A DNA stretch of 64,000 bases, from the NCBI GenBank assembly GCA_036821145.1, contig DAISJZ010000003.1:16587-80586 (forward strand), in the 5' to 3' direction. Positions 39,758 to 48,748 of the stretch are shown here, piece by piece; position 1 is the first letter of the stretch; each line of letters starts with the position of its first letter. Both the position numbers and the translations under genes were made by a program. The DNA comes from Spirochaetota bacterium (GTDB lineage: Bacteria > Spirochaetota > UBA4802 > UBA5550). Below the pieces are notes generated by a model, which had not been told where the DNA came from, ran no database searches, and saw nothing but the letters and a program-made list of their open reading frames with translations.

Positions 39758-41146
39758 TCATTTACCTGCTTTATTCACAAGTGTTTTCACCGCTTCCGCA
39801 AGCTCCTTCATGTCCCTTTCATGAATTGTGAACATGTCAATAACATATCTCCCGTCGCGCACTGTGCCCACAACGGGCGGTGTAGATGAAACAAAGTGAT
39901 CATAAATCTCATCCGGTGACATGCCGGGCATAGCAATCTCTACTCCGAAGCTGTCAAGTTCCTCTCCAGGCATTGATCCTCCACCGTATGCGCAGCGGGT
40001 CTTCACCTTCTTCATAATACTTTTAGCATCAGTACCGCACATACGCATGAGCCTTGAAGCGCGCTTTGAAACAGCCTCCGCGCCCTGTGTAATACTGCTC
40101 CATAGCCCGGTCTCCGAATATTTTCCGTTAACATAGTGGAGAAGTGTTTCCTGCAGAATAGTGTATGTAATCTTATCCACCCTGATCATCCGCATAAGGG
40201 GATTTTTGCGCAGCTTTGCAATGAGCTCCTTTTTCCCCACAATAATTCCGGCCTGGCATCCGCCGAGAAGCTTGTCTCCGCTGAAGCATACAAGGTCAGC
40301 CCCCTGTGAAGTCTCATGATAAACTGTCTGCTCAAAGTTACCAGGCATCCAGTCATTCACAAGGTTACCGCTCCCCATGTCGCGGACAAAAACAATTTTA
40401 TCATTTTTAAGTGAAGAGAGATCTTTCAGCGATGGAGCTTCGGTAAACCCCTCCAGCCTGAAGTTTGATGTGTGGGCAGAAAATATCATGCGGGTGTTTT
40501 CATTAACAGCCTTTTTAAAATCATCAAGAGTAGTGATGTTTGTTGTGCCCACCTCCACAAGGGTTGTGCCGCTCTGGTTCATGATGTCAGGGATGCGGAA
40601 CCCCCCTCCAATCTGGATAAGCTCCCCCCGTGAGACAATTGTCTCGCCACCCTTTGCAAGTTCATTAAGGACAAGGAATACGCTGGAGGCATTGTTGTTA
40701 ACAATGAGAGCATCCTCAGATTTTGTCATCTGGCAGATAAGTTCCTCTGCGAACCCTCCCCTCTTACCCCTTTTTTTAAGGGGGATATAATATTCAAGGT
40801 TGCAGTAACCTGAGAGGTTCTCTTTAAGGAGTTCAAAAATCTTTTCACCAAGCGGAGCTCTGCCTAAGTTTGTATGTATGATTATGCCGGTTCCGTTAAT
40901 CACCCTCTGGAGCCTTTCGGATGATTTTACTTTCAGTTTTTTAAGAATTTCATCTTTCAGTTTTTTACTGTCAGTACCGCTCCCTGAAAGAAGAGCCTCC
41001 CTGTAGGAGTTCACACCTTCACGGATACATTCAGCAGCGCTGATCTTCCCGATAAAGGGAATATAGGATTCAATATCCTCATCCTGCAGGAGTTTTTCTA
41101 CCTGCGGTATCTCCCGCAGCACTCTATTTATCTCATTTTTATCCAT
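39758..41146 (-). CDS. selA: L-seryl-tRNA(Sec) selenium transferase
   Basis: 462 aa. VINGTGIIIHTNLGRAPL and FSGDKLLGGCQAGII (PLP-lysine context) are characteristic of SelA. Confidence 0.92.
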   Translation of the reverse strand: MDKNEINRVLREIPQVEKLLQDEDIESYIPFIGKISAAECIREGVNSYREALLSGSGTDSKKLKDEILKKLKVKSSERLQRVINGTGIIIHTNLGRAPLGEKIFELLKENLSGYCNLEYYIPLKKRGKRGGFAEELICQMTKSEDALIVNNNASSVFLVLNELAKGGETIVSRGELIQIGGGFRIPDIMNQSGTTLVEVGTTNITTLDDFKKAVNENTRMIFSAHTSNFRLEGFTEAPSLKDLSSLKNDKIVFVRDMGSGNLVNDWMPGNFEQTVYHETSQGADLVCFSGDKLLGGCQAGIIVGKKELIAKLRKNPLMRMIRVDKITYTILQETLLHYVNGKYSETGLWSSITQGAEAVSKRASRLMRMCGTDAKSIMKKVKTRCAYGGGSMPGEELDSFGVEIAMPGMSPDEIYDHFVSSTPPVVGTVRDGRYVIDMFTIHERDMKELAEAVKTLVNKAGK

Positions 41147-41340
41147 GAAAGAACCCGCATAAAGATTTTCACTGAATGTATAAAACTCCCCGCATTTTTC
41201 AAGAAATTTAATTAAAGGGGAGCGATATTAACCGCGTACTCCCGGAGTCCGGAATCGACCTCTCACAGTGCGGAGATAGACTTTTTGAGCCCAATCATGA
41301 ACTCTCAGAGTACAAATATGGGCCCTTTACGGTCAAAGCC

Positions 41341-41585
41341 GGGCTCTCCGGATGCGTTCATCCCTCTTCTAGAAGGGACGTTTCCTCTTCAACAGGGAGG
41401 TTTCCATATCCGGGAGGGATTCATGCATCTCTGACACGGGACGTTCCCTCTTCAACAGGAAAGTTTCCCTCTCCGGCAGGGAACCGTGCATCTCTCACAG
41501 GGAACATTTCCTCTTCAATAGGGAAATTTCCCTCATCAGGAGGGATTCATACATCTCCGGGAAGAAAACCCCCTCTTTAACAGCC
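41341..41585. repeat. Tandem repeat of 62-63 bp units, three full copies flanked by partial copies
   Basis: Unit starts at 41375, 41438 and 41500 (GGGACGTTTCCTCTTCAACAGGGAGGTTTCC...CATGCATCTCT...). Each unit holds about three GGGA-N2-3-TTCC sub-motifs, including the perfect palindrome GGGAAATTTCCC at 41521..41532. Confidence 0.85.
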
Positions 41586-41743
41586 TTCTTAAAATATATC
41601 CGCAATTGACTTTCCGCATCAGATCGATTAATTTAATCTAAGGAGAAATACTATCTTAAATTTTTAAACGCAAAGATCAATTAATTATGGACTTATAGCT
41701 CCCCGCTGACTGATTATCTCAGAAAAAAACATGGCAGGATCTT

Positions 41744-42196
41744 ATGGATATACAGGAACGAATTGAAAAGAACATCACACAGGTCATTAAGGAGGAGCTT
41801 GGGGAGAGTCTTCATCCAGGCAAACTCGACGCAATAATAAAAAAAATTACAGAAAAACTCACCTTTACAGTTACACCTGACGAACTTGTTCTGCTCAGGA
41901 TGAAGATGGAGGAGAAGGCCCAGCGGGAACTTGCAGTTGTATCTGTCATCGGGCAGGACTCCATGGGGATTGTGGCTGAAGTTACCCGCGCCCTTGCGGA
42001 GAGCAAAGCAAACATTGAAGGGATGAACCAGGCCATTGTATCAGGATACTTTGCCCTTATACTGACCATTGATGTTAAAGATATGAAAGTCTCCATTGAT
42101 GAACTCCAGAAGATAATGGACACAATCGCGGAGAAGAAGAACCTCAGGATATACATTCAGCACGAAAATATATTCCGCAGCATGAACAGGATATAG
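41744..42196 (+). CDS. ACT domain protein, UPF0237 family, with a ~60 aa N-terminal extension
   Basis: AVVSVIGQDSMGIVAEVTRALAESKANIEGMNQAIVSGYFALILTIDV...LRIYIQHENIFRSMNRI matches the UPF0237 pattern (VVGKDRVGIVA...ISQTI..GYF.M...V...I.IQHEDIF.AMHRI). Confidence 0.8.
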   Translation: MDIQERIEKNITQVIKEELGESLHPGKLDAIIKKITEKLTFTVTPDELVLLRMKMEEKAQRELAVVSVIGQDSMGIVAEVTRALAESKANIEGMNQAIVSGYFALILTIDVKDMKVSIDELQKIMDTIAEKKNLRIYIQHENIFRSMNRI

Positions 42197-42205
42197 GTAA
42201 CGTGC

Positions 42206-43573
42206 ATGAAATACGAAGTATCTGAAATTCTTGAAACAATAAAGATGAACGCGCTGGAAAATCTCGATGTGCGCACTGTCACACTTGGTCTCTCCCTTTT
42301 TGACTGCATCACTGATGACGCCGTAAAAAGCGCGGAAAAAGTCAGGGAGAAGATGCTGCGCCACGGTGCTGACATAGTTAAAACAGCGGATAAAATTGCA
42401 GGGCGTTACGGCGTAAAAATCGTAAACAAACGCGTCTCCCTCACACCTCTCTCCCTTGTGTTCGGAAGAGAGAGAAGCCTTGAGGAATACATTAAAGCCG
42501 CTGATATTATTGATAAAACCGGAAGTGAAATGGGTATCGATTTTATCGGAGGGTACTCGGCGCTGGTTCACAAAGGGATCACATCCGGGGAGTCTGCATT
42601 CCTTGATTCCATTCCTCATGTACTTGCCTCAACTCAGAGGCTCTGCTCATCTGTCAATGTTGCCACAACCAAGGCGGGGATAAACATGGACGCTGTTATG
42701 CGCATGGGTGAAATCGTAAAAAAAGCGGCTGAGCTCACCGCTGACAGGCAGGCAATCGGCTGCGCCAAGCTTGTTATATTCGCCAACATTCCGGAGGATA
42801 ACCCCTTCATGGCAGGGGCGCTCCACGGTCCCGGCGAGGGCGGCGCAACACTGAATGTGGGAGTATCAGGTCCAGGTGTTGTTTACCGCGCGATTAAAAG
42901 TCTACCCCCTGACGCTGACTTTGAAATTGTATCTGAAACGGTAAAAAAGATCGCATTCAAAATTACACGCATGGGTGAGCTTGTTGGCCGCGAAGTGGCA
43001 AAGGAGCTTGGCGTGTCCTTCGGCATCCTTGACCTCTCACTTGCCCCGACACCGGCAATCGGTGACAGTGTTGCTGACATTCTTGAAGCAATGGGCCTTG
43101 AGGCATGCGGCACACATGGTACAACGGCAGCCCTTGCCCTCCTGAATGACGCGGTAAAAAAAGGCGGGGCATTCGCTTCATCTTATGTCGGCGGATTATC
43201 AGGCGCATTCATCCCTGTGAGTGAAGATTCCACAATGGAAAGGCGGGCTGCAGAGGGGAAACTCTCTCTCGACAAACTTGAAGCAATGACAGCAGTATGT
43301 TCAGTGGGCCTTGATATGATTGCAGTCCCCGGGGACACACCGGCTGAAACAATAGCAGCAATTATTGCTGATGAGATAAGTATCGGAGTAATAAATTCTA
43401 AAACAACGGCAGTGAGGCTCCTCCCTGTTCCCGGAGCAAAGCCCGGTGATGAAATCACTCTTGGCGGGCTTCTTGGAAGGGCGAGGATTATACCTGTTCA
43501 CAGGGATTCAGCATCAGTTTTTGTAAGGAGAGGGGGGAGGATCCCAGCCCCTATACAGTCAATGAAAAACTGA
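42206..43573 (+). CDS. UPF0210 / DUF711 family protein (usual partner of UPF0237)
   Basis: 455 aa. [27 protein letters not shown] is very similar to the UPF0210 N-terminus (...[20 protein letters not shown]), and the length matches. Confidence 0.85.
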   Translation: MKYEVSEILETIKMNALENLDVRTVTLGLSLFDCITDDAVKSAEKVREKMLRHGADIVKTADKIAGRYGVKIVNKRVSLTPLSLVFGRERSLEEYIKAADIIDKTGSEMGIDFIGGYSALVHKGITSGESAFLDSIPHVLASTQRLCSSVNVATTKAGINMDAVMRMGEIVKKAAELTADRQAIGCAKLVIFANIPEDNPFMAGALHGPGEGGATLNVGVSGPGVVYRAIKSLPPDADFEIVSETVKKIAFKITRMGELVGREVAKELGVSFGILDLSLAPTPAIGDSVADILEAMGLEACGTHGTTAALALLNDAVKKGGAFASSYVGGLSGAFIPVSEDSTMERRAAEGKLSLDKLEAMTAVCSVGLDMIAVPGDTPAETIAAIIADEISIGVINSKTTAVRLLPVPGAKPGDEITLGGLLGRARIIPVHRDSASVFVRRGGRIPAPIQSMKN

Positions 43574-43600
43574 TAACGCCTCCCCTGCCGCAGGAGGGAC

Positions 43601-45736
43601 ATGAACCTGATTCAGCGCGGAATTGCTCTTTTTATAATTATATTCCTCCTTTTCTTTACCCTGATTGGAATTAATTTTTACAGGGAGAAAAAGGAGGAGG
43701 AGCATCTGCGCGCTTCACTCAGCAGGGTCTACCTTTCAATTCTTGAAAAATCCCTGCAGATGTATTCAACCCCTGTAAAAAACTACCTTAAAGATTTGAC
43801 AATCTGGGACGAATCAGTTTCATACATAAAAAACAGGAACCGGGTCTATGCCGCTGATAATATTGATGCAAGCGGGGATGTGTACGGCATAGGTGAAACC
43901 TGGGTTTACACTGCTGATTTCAGAGAGCTATATTACTACAACAACAGCAGTATTGCAGCAGAAGCCGGAGATCTTAAACCGATTATCCCTTCATTAATAG
44001 AGAGATCCGGGAAGGAGAGATTTTTCACCTTCCACTACAAAAAAGATAATACAGTTTTTGAACTAACCGCTGCTTCAATACATCCCAATGGAGATAAAGA
44101 TCGGAAAACAGATCCCGCAGGGTATATAGTCACCGCAATCCCCTATGATGAAAATTTTATTCAAAGATTAAAATCATTTCTCCCGCAGATTCAGGATGCT
44201 GAAATTCAGGAGAATAAAAAAGACACCCCCCACGACGAGTTTGTACTCCCCATCAATGGAGCCTTTAAAGATATAAATGGTGATGACATTGCCTATATCC
44301 ATTTACTGATTAAATCCTCGTACCTTAAAGATATATCAGCAGACCGCCGGTTTCAGAAAATTTTTATCCTGTTTTTTATTGCAGCTTTTCTTATTGTGGG
44401 GGTAACTCTCAGGTATGGTATTGTTATCCCGTTAAAAGAGATCTACACAGTACTCTTCCGTCACGACTATACCCCTTCACCTGATAAACTTAGATATATA
44501 TCTCCCGAATTTAAAGAGATAATGAACCTTGTTGAACTGAACCGGACCGTTGAAATGCAGCTCGGTGACGCTCTTACTGAAACAGCAAAGCAGAAAGAGA
44601 TTGCCGAAAAAGCCACAAAAACCAAAACAGAATTTCTCGCAAACATGAGCCACGAGATACGTACACCGATGGCCGGAGTGCTGGGATTTTCTGATATGCT
44701 CCTCGATATTACAACTGACCCCGCGCAGAAGGAACTGGCAACCGGAATAAAAACATCTGCCGAAGCAATAATGAGCATAATCAATGATATTCTCGACATG
44801 TCGAAAATCGAATCAGGGAAGTTTATCCTCCTCAATGAACCATTTAATATTAACAGTTTTCTCGACAACTATATCTGGATACTCCGGGGATTTGCAGCGG
44901 AAAGAGAGCTTGATATCAGGCTTGAAAACCGTGTTTCACATTGCACCACAGTTACCGGCGATATAAAACGCCTCAGGCAGATCCTCCTTAACCTCGGGAG
45001 TAACGCGATAAAATATACTATCGAAGGGGAAGTTGTTATAACTGCTGATTCTGCTCCCGCGGGAGACGGTGAAATTGATCTCATAATAACTGTTCAGGAT
45101 ACCGGTATCGGGATGAACGAAAAACAGCTCTCAAAAATTTTCAGGCAGTACGAACAGGTGCATGACCCTGCATCATTCTCCGGCGGCACAGGGCTGGGGC
45201 TTGCCATTACAAAGAGCCTTGTAACAGTTATGGGGGGTACCCTTGATGTAGAGAGTGAGCCGGGTAAAGGGAGCACATTCACACTGCGCCTCAGAATGAC
45301 CTGTGTAGAAGGGGAGAGCCCCAAGCCTTCACTTATTAACGCAAAAAATCTCGGTTTAAAGATACTCCTTGCCGAAGATAACCCCATAAGCATGAAGGTA
45401 ATTGAAAACATAGTGGGCAAAGCAGGATGTATATCTGAATCTGTATTTAACGGGCAGGATGTAATAGAAAGTGCCGGTACTGAAAAATTTGATCTTATAC
45501 TTATGGATTTCCATATGCCCGCAGTGAGCGGGATTGAAGCAGCATCAATAATCCGCTCGGGAAACGGCCCGAACAGAGAGACGCCGATTTACGGAATATC
45601 TGCTGATCTTATCGAAAGATCAATTGAATATTCAGGCAGAGCAGGGATGAACGGATATTTAATGAAACCCTTTATCATAGAGGAAGTTTACAAGGTACTT
45701 ATGAAAATCAGGGATGAGAAAGAGAATTCAAAATGA
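43601..45736 (+). CDS. Hybrid sensor histidine kinase / response regulator
   Basis: TM1, an extracytoplasmic domain of about 230 aa, then TM2. H-box SHEIRTPMAGV; NAIKYT, DTGIGM, GGTGLGLAI. Receiver ILLAEDNPIS...DLILMDFHMP...K. Confidence 0.85.
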   Translation: MNLIQRGIALFIIIFLLFFTLIGINFYREKKEEEHLRASLSRVYLSILEKSLQMYSTPVKNYLKDLTIWDESVSYIKNRNRVYAADNIDASGDVYGIGETWVYTADFRELYYYNNSSIAAEAGDLKPIIPSLIERSGKERFFTFHYKKDNTVFELTAASIHPNGDKDRKTDPAGYIVTAIPYDENFIQRLKSFLPQIQDAEIQENKKDTPHDEFVLPINGAFKDINGDDIAYIHLLIKSSYLKDISADRRFQKIFILFFIAAFLIVGVTLRYGIVIPLKEIYTVLFRHDYTPSPDKLRYISPEFKEIMNLVELNRTVEMQLGDALTETAKQKEIAEKATKTKTEFLANMSHEIRTPMAGVLGFSDMLLDITTDPAQKELATGIKTSAEAIMSIINDILDMSKIESGKFILLNEPFNINSFLDNYIWILRGFAAERELDIRLENRVSHCTTVTGDIKRLRQILLNLGSNAIKYTIEGEVVITADSAPAGDGEIDLIITVQDTGIGMNEKQLSKIFRQYEQVHDPASFSGGTGLGLAITKSLVTVMGGTLDVESEPGKGSTFTLRLRMTCVEGESPKPSLINAKNLGLKILLAEDNPISMKVIENIVGKAGCISESVFNGQDVIESAGTEKFDLILMDFHMPAVSGIEAASIIRSGNGPNRETPIYGISADLIERSIEYSGRAGMNGYLMKPFIIEEVYKVLMKIRDEKENSK

Positions 45737-47505
45737 TGTGGAATGAGCCGTCTCTGATATTAGCATTCGCTTTCTCCTTCATAATGACTTCACTTTTCAT
45801 TATACTATATTTTACGAATGAAAAACCAAAGGCCATTCTTGCATGGACAATCGCCTGGAGTGCGTATTTTGTGGGTTTGATATTATTGATATCAGGAATT
45901 GTTTTTCCAGGTTATTCTTCATTCTTTTTATCAGCAGCTGAGATATTCGCTCTTATAAACTGTTATATGATATTATACGGGATCTGTATTTATTACAAAA
46001 AAAAATTGCATCCGTCATGGATTCTCTTTTTTATACTAAGCTGCTTATGGATTATTCTTATAAAATTTGCTGATACTGATTTTAAGACACGGAATTTTCC
46101 GCCGGCAATATTATTCTTTATAGCATATTCTTATGCCGGCTATCTTTTTATAACCGGGAAACAGGCTGTTAAACTTGAAAGAGTTATCGCCGGTACTCTT
46201 CTTATTATCTGGGGGATTCAGAGACTTTATGTCCCTTTTGAAGATATAGAAAGGCCGGATCTGATTTACGGTATTATTGCGGGAGTGATTCTGAATATTT
46301 CTATCTCTCTCTTTACAATTATTGCGTATCTTCAGGATACGCGACGACGCTTTATCTCCGAAAAACTAAAAGCTGAAGAAGCTGACAGGCTTAAATCATC
46401 TTTCCTGGCAAACATGTCTCACGAAATCCGGACGCCATTAAACGCCATTATCGGTTTCGCACAGCTCCTCAGCAAACCTGATCTCTCCACTGAAGAGAAA
46501 GATATCTTCGTTAAAAACATAAAAAACGGCGGCGAGAGGCTTTTAGGGCTACTTGACGACATTCTTGATCTTTCAAAGATTGAGGCAGGTGTAGTAAAAG
46601 TTTATATCAGCGATGTATCAATTAACAAACTGATTGAAGACCTGGTATCAGTTGTATCTCTTTCACGGAGAGTAGTTGAAAAAAACCTGAACCTTGTTGT
46701 GGAAAAAGCCCTGCATGACGGGGATGATATAATCCGCACTGATGAGACAAGGATTTTCCAGATACTCTCCAACCTGCTGAACAATGCGGTGAAGTTCACT
46801 GAACATGGCACAATCACCACGGGCTATGAAATTCCTGAACCTCACTGCATAAGATTCTATGTAAAAGATACAGGTATAGGGATTGCTGAACATGCACTTA
46901 AAAAAATATACACTCCGTTTTTCCAGGAGGGGAAAATTCCTGCAGCCGGGGGGACCGGATTGGGCCTTGCAATTGTTAAAGGTCTCACAGAATCTCTTGA
47001 TGGAACCATAACTATTAAAAGCGAAGTGGACTGCGGGACAGAAGTCAGTATAACGATACCTTATATCAGAAGTGATGAGTTGAAACATATTAAATCTTTC
47101 ACCGGTTCCACTGAATCATATAATATTACCGGCAAAAAAATACTTCTTGTTGAGGATGAGCCTGTTAACCGGAAACTTATGGAAAAATTCATAGAGGCTA
47201 CAGGTGCTGAACTTATATCCACAGAAAGCGGCAGCGAATCTGTGAAGCTCTGCGCAGAAGATCCGGGCATTGATCTTGTGCTGATGGATCTCACACTCCC
47301 TGATATTGACGGGTACACAGCAATGGAACGGATCAGAAAGGTAAGGCCCCAACTCCCCATGATAGCGCAGTCAGCAACATCAATGTCAGAACACAGGGAG
47401 AAAGCACGAAATTCAGGTGCAGACGATTTTATAGCTAAGCCTATAAAGAAGGAGGAGCTTTATAACGCAATCTGGAAACAGCTTTTCGACAGAGAGGATA
47501 ATTAA
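45733..47505 (+). CDS. Hybrid sensor histidine kinase / response regulator with a polytopic (about 6-7 TM) N-terminal sensor
   Basis: The N-terminal 200 aa are all hydrophobic helices. H-box SHEIRTPLNAI; NAVKFT, DTGIGI, GGTGLGLAI. Receiver ILLVEDEPVN...DLVLMDLTLPDIDG...K. Overlaps the upstream kinase by 4 nt. Confidence 0.85.
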   Translation: MMWNEPSLILAFAFSFIMTSLFIILYFTNEKPKAILAWTIAWSAYFVGLILLISGIVFPGYSSFFLSAAEIFALINCYMILYGICIYYKKKLHPSWILFFILSCLWIILIKFADTDFKTRNFPPAILFFIAYSYAGYLFITGKQAVKLERVIAGTLLIIWGIQRLYVPFEDIERPDLIYGIIAGVILNISISLFTIIAYLQDTRRRFISEKLKAEEADRLKSSFLANMSHEIRTPLNAIIGFAQLLSKPDLSTEEKDIFVKNIKNGGERLLGLLDDILDLSKIEAGVVKVYISDVSINKLIEDLVSVVSLSRRVVEKNLNLVVEKALHDGDDIIRTDETRIFQILSNLLNNAVKFTEHGTITTGYEIPEPHCIRFYVKDTGIGIAEHALKKIYTPFFQEGKIPAAGGTGLGLAIVKGLTESLDGTITIKSEVDCGTEVSITIPYIRSDELKHIKSFTGSTESYNITGKKILLVEDEPVNRKLMEKFIEATGAELISTESGSESVKLCAEDPGIDLVLMDLTLPDIDGYTAMERIRKVRPQLPMIAQSATSMSEHREKARNSGADDFIAKPIKKEELYNAIWKQLFDREDN

Positions 47506-47507
47506 TG

Positions 47508-47597
47508 CGGAAGGGGCAGGAATCGAACCTGCCGCTGCAGTAAACTACAGCCTACGGTTTTGAAGACCGCGGAAGCCACCAGACCCCATCCTCTTCC
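47508..47597 (-). tRNA. selC: tRNA-Sec (anticodon UCA)
   Basis: Reverse complement: GGAAGAGG-AU-GGGGUC-UGGU-GGCUUC-C-GCGGU-CUUCAAA-ACCGU-...GCUGUAG-UUUA-CUGCAGC...CAGG-UUCGAUU-CCUG-CCCCUUCC-G. It has an 8-bp acceptor stem, a 6-bp D stem with a 4-nt loop, a UCA anticodon and a long variable arm, and shares the 5' GGAAG of E. coli selC. CCA is not encoded. Confidence 0.85.
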
Positions 47598-47629
47598 ATT
47601 TATGATTACAGAATCAATGCGTTCAAACT

Positions 47630-47710
47630 GTCATTTCGAACGCATGTGAGAAATCTTAAAAGTATCTTAAAGAATAGATTTCTCAGTCGCTACCGCTTCT
47701 TCGAAATGAC
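47630..47710. repeat. Inverted-repeat element family B, copy 2
   Basis: GTCATTTCGAACGCATGTGAGAAATCT ...19 nt... AGATTTCTCAGTCGCTACCGCTTCTTCGAAATGAC. Confidence 0.65.
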
Positions 47711-47725
47711 ATAGAGTTTTACCCT

Positions 47726-47860
47726 GTCATTTCGAACCCCCTTCAATTTTTCGGGTGAGAAATCTCTTAATCAGAAAACTTTTTTTTGCTAATATAATAA
47801 TGAAAATTTTAATTAATTGTTTTTTAGATTTCTCAGTCGCTGCCGCTTCTTCGAAATGAC
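47726..47860. repeat. Inverted-repeat element family B, copy 3 (longer AT-rich core)
   Basis: GTCATTTCGAACCCCCTTCAATTTTTCGGGTGAGAAATCT ...AT-rich core... AGATTTCTCAGTCGCTGCCGCTTCTTCGAAATGAC. The right arm differs from copy 2 at one position. Confidence 0.65.
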
Positions 47861-47905
47861 ATACTTCAGCAATAATATAAATTCAATAACAATAAATTAT
47901 GTAAA

Positions 47906-48745
47906 CTACTTTTTTAACGTGGCGACTCTCGGGAGCCCGGCATAGTCATTAAGAACTGACACTGTAAAACCGCGCCTTTTACCCTCATCCTCAATAAACT
48001 CCCTGTGGTTGCTCCCGATCTCAAGCAGCAGCACACCCTTTTCTTCAAGATAGGACGGAGCTTCTTCAATTATTCTTCTGATTACCGCTCTTCCGTCATC
48101 TTCAGCATAAAGAGCATTATGCGGCTCGTAATCCAGCTCCTTCTGAAGCTCCCCTTTCAGATCTCCCGCAACATATGGAGGGTTGGAAACTATAAGGTCA
48201 AATTTCTCATTTTTAAAGGGAGCAAAAAGATCCCCTTCAAAAAAAGAGATCCTCCTTTTGCCGAGGAGCCTCTCCGCGTTCTTCTCTGCCACCTTAAGCG
48301 CTCTGGCTGAAACATCAGATGCGCAGACATCAAGGTCGCCGCGCGAGTGCTTGAGAGCCACAGCTATGGCACCGGAACCTGTGCAAAGGTCCAGGACTGA
48401 TGAATTGAGCCCTGCCCAGTATATTGCCATATCCACAAGGAGTTCTGTTTCAGGCCTGGGGATAAGCACATCTTTATTCACTGTGAATTCGAGAGAATAG
48501 AACTCTTTCACTCCGGTAATATAGGCAACAGGCTCAAATTTAAGCCTTCTCTTTACAGCTTTATCAATTACTGATTTTTCGGAATCTGTGAGGAGGCGGT
48601 CGTTCCAGGTCAGAAGCTGGTGCCTCTCCATGTCAAGAAAATGCGCGGCAATAACTTCAGCGTCAAGTGCAGGTGATGCAATACCGGCATCACTAAGCGA
48701 CTTTGTAATACTTTTAATATATTCACCAATCTTCAATGAAAGCAC
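47906..48745 (-). CDS. prmC: Release-factor glutamine N5-methyltransferase
   Basis: VLDLCTGSGAIA SAM motif and the NPPY catalytic motif (SNPPYV). It lies directly downstream of prfA. Confidence 0.9.
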   Translation of the reverse strand: MLSLKIGEYIKSITKSLSDAGIASPALDAEVIAAHFLDMERHQLLTWNDRLLTDSEKSVIDKAVKRRLKFEPVAYITGVKEFYSLEFTVNKDVLIPRPETELLVDMAIYWAGLNSSVLDLCTGSGAIAVALKHSRGDLDVCASDVSARALKVAEKNAERLLGKRRISFFEGDLFAPFKNEKFDLIVSNPPYVAGDLKGELQKELDYEPHNALYAEDDGRAVIRRIIEEAPSYLEEKGVLLLEIGSNHREFIEDEGKRRGFTVSVLNDYAGLPRVATLKK

Positions 48746-48748
48746 CGG

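Noticed and set aside
41341-41585. CRISPR array, or a repeat-containing protein gene, as explanations for the tandem repeat
   Set aside because: The units abut one another with no unique spacers, and no cas genes are present. The period shifts from 63 to 62 bp, breaking any reading frame, and no long ORF covers the region.
42041-42619. 192 aa minus-strand ORF spanning the ACT / UPF0210 junction
   Set aside because: It is antisense to two well-supported family genes and crosses their intergenic gap, so it is a shadow ORF.
47598-47627. TTGAAC-17-ATAAAT promoter-like match on the minus strand directly upstream of tRNA-Sec
   Set aside because: The -10 hexamer abuts the first tRNA nucleotide, so transcription would start inside the mature tRNA. 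It is unlikely to be the functional promoter.
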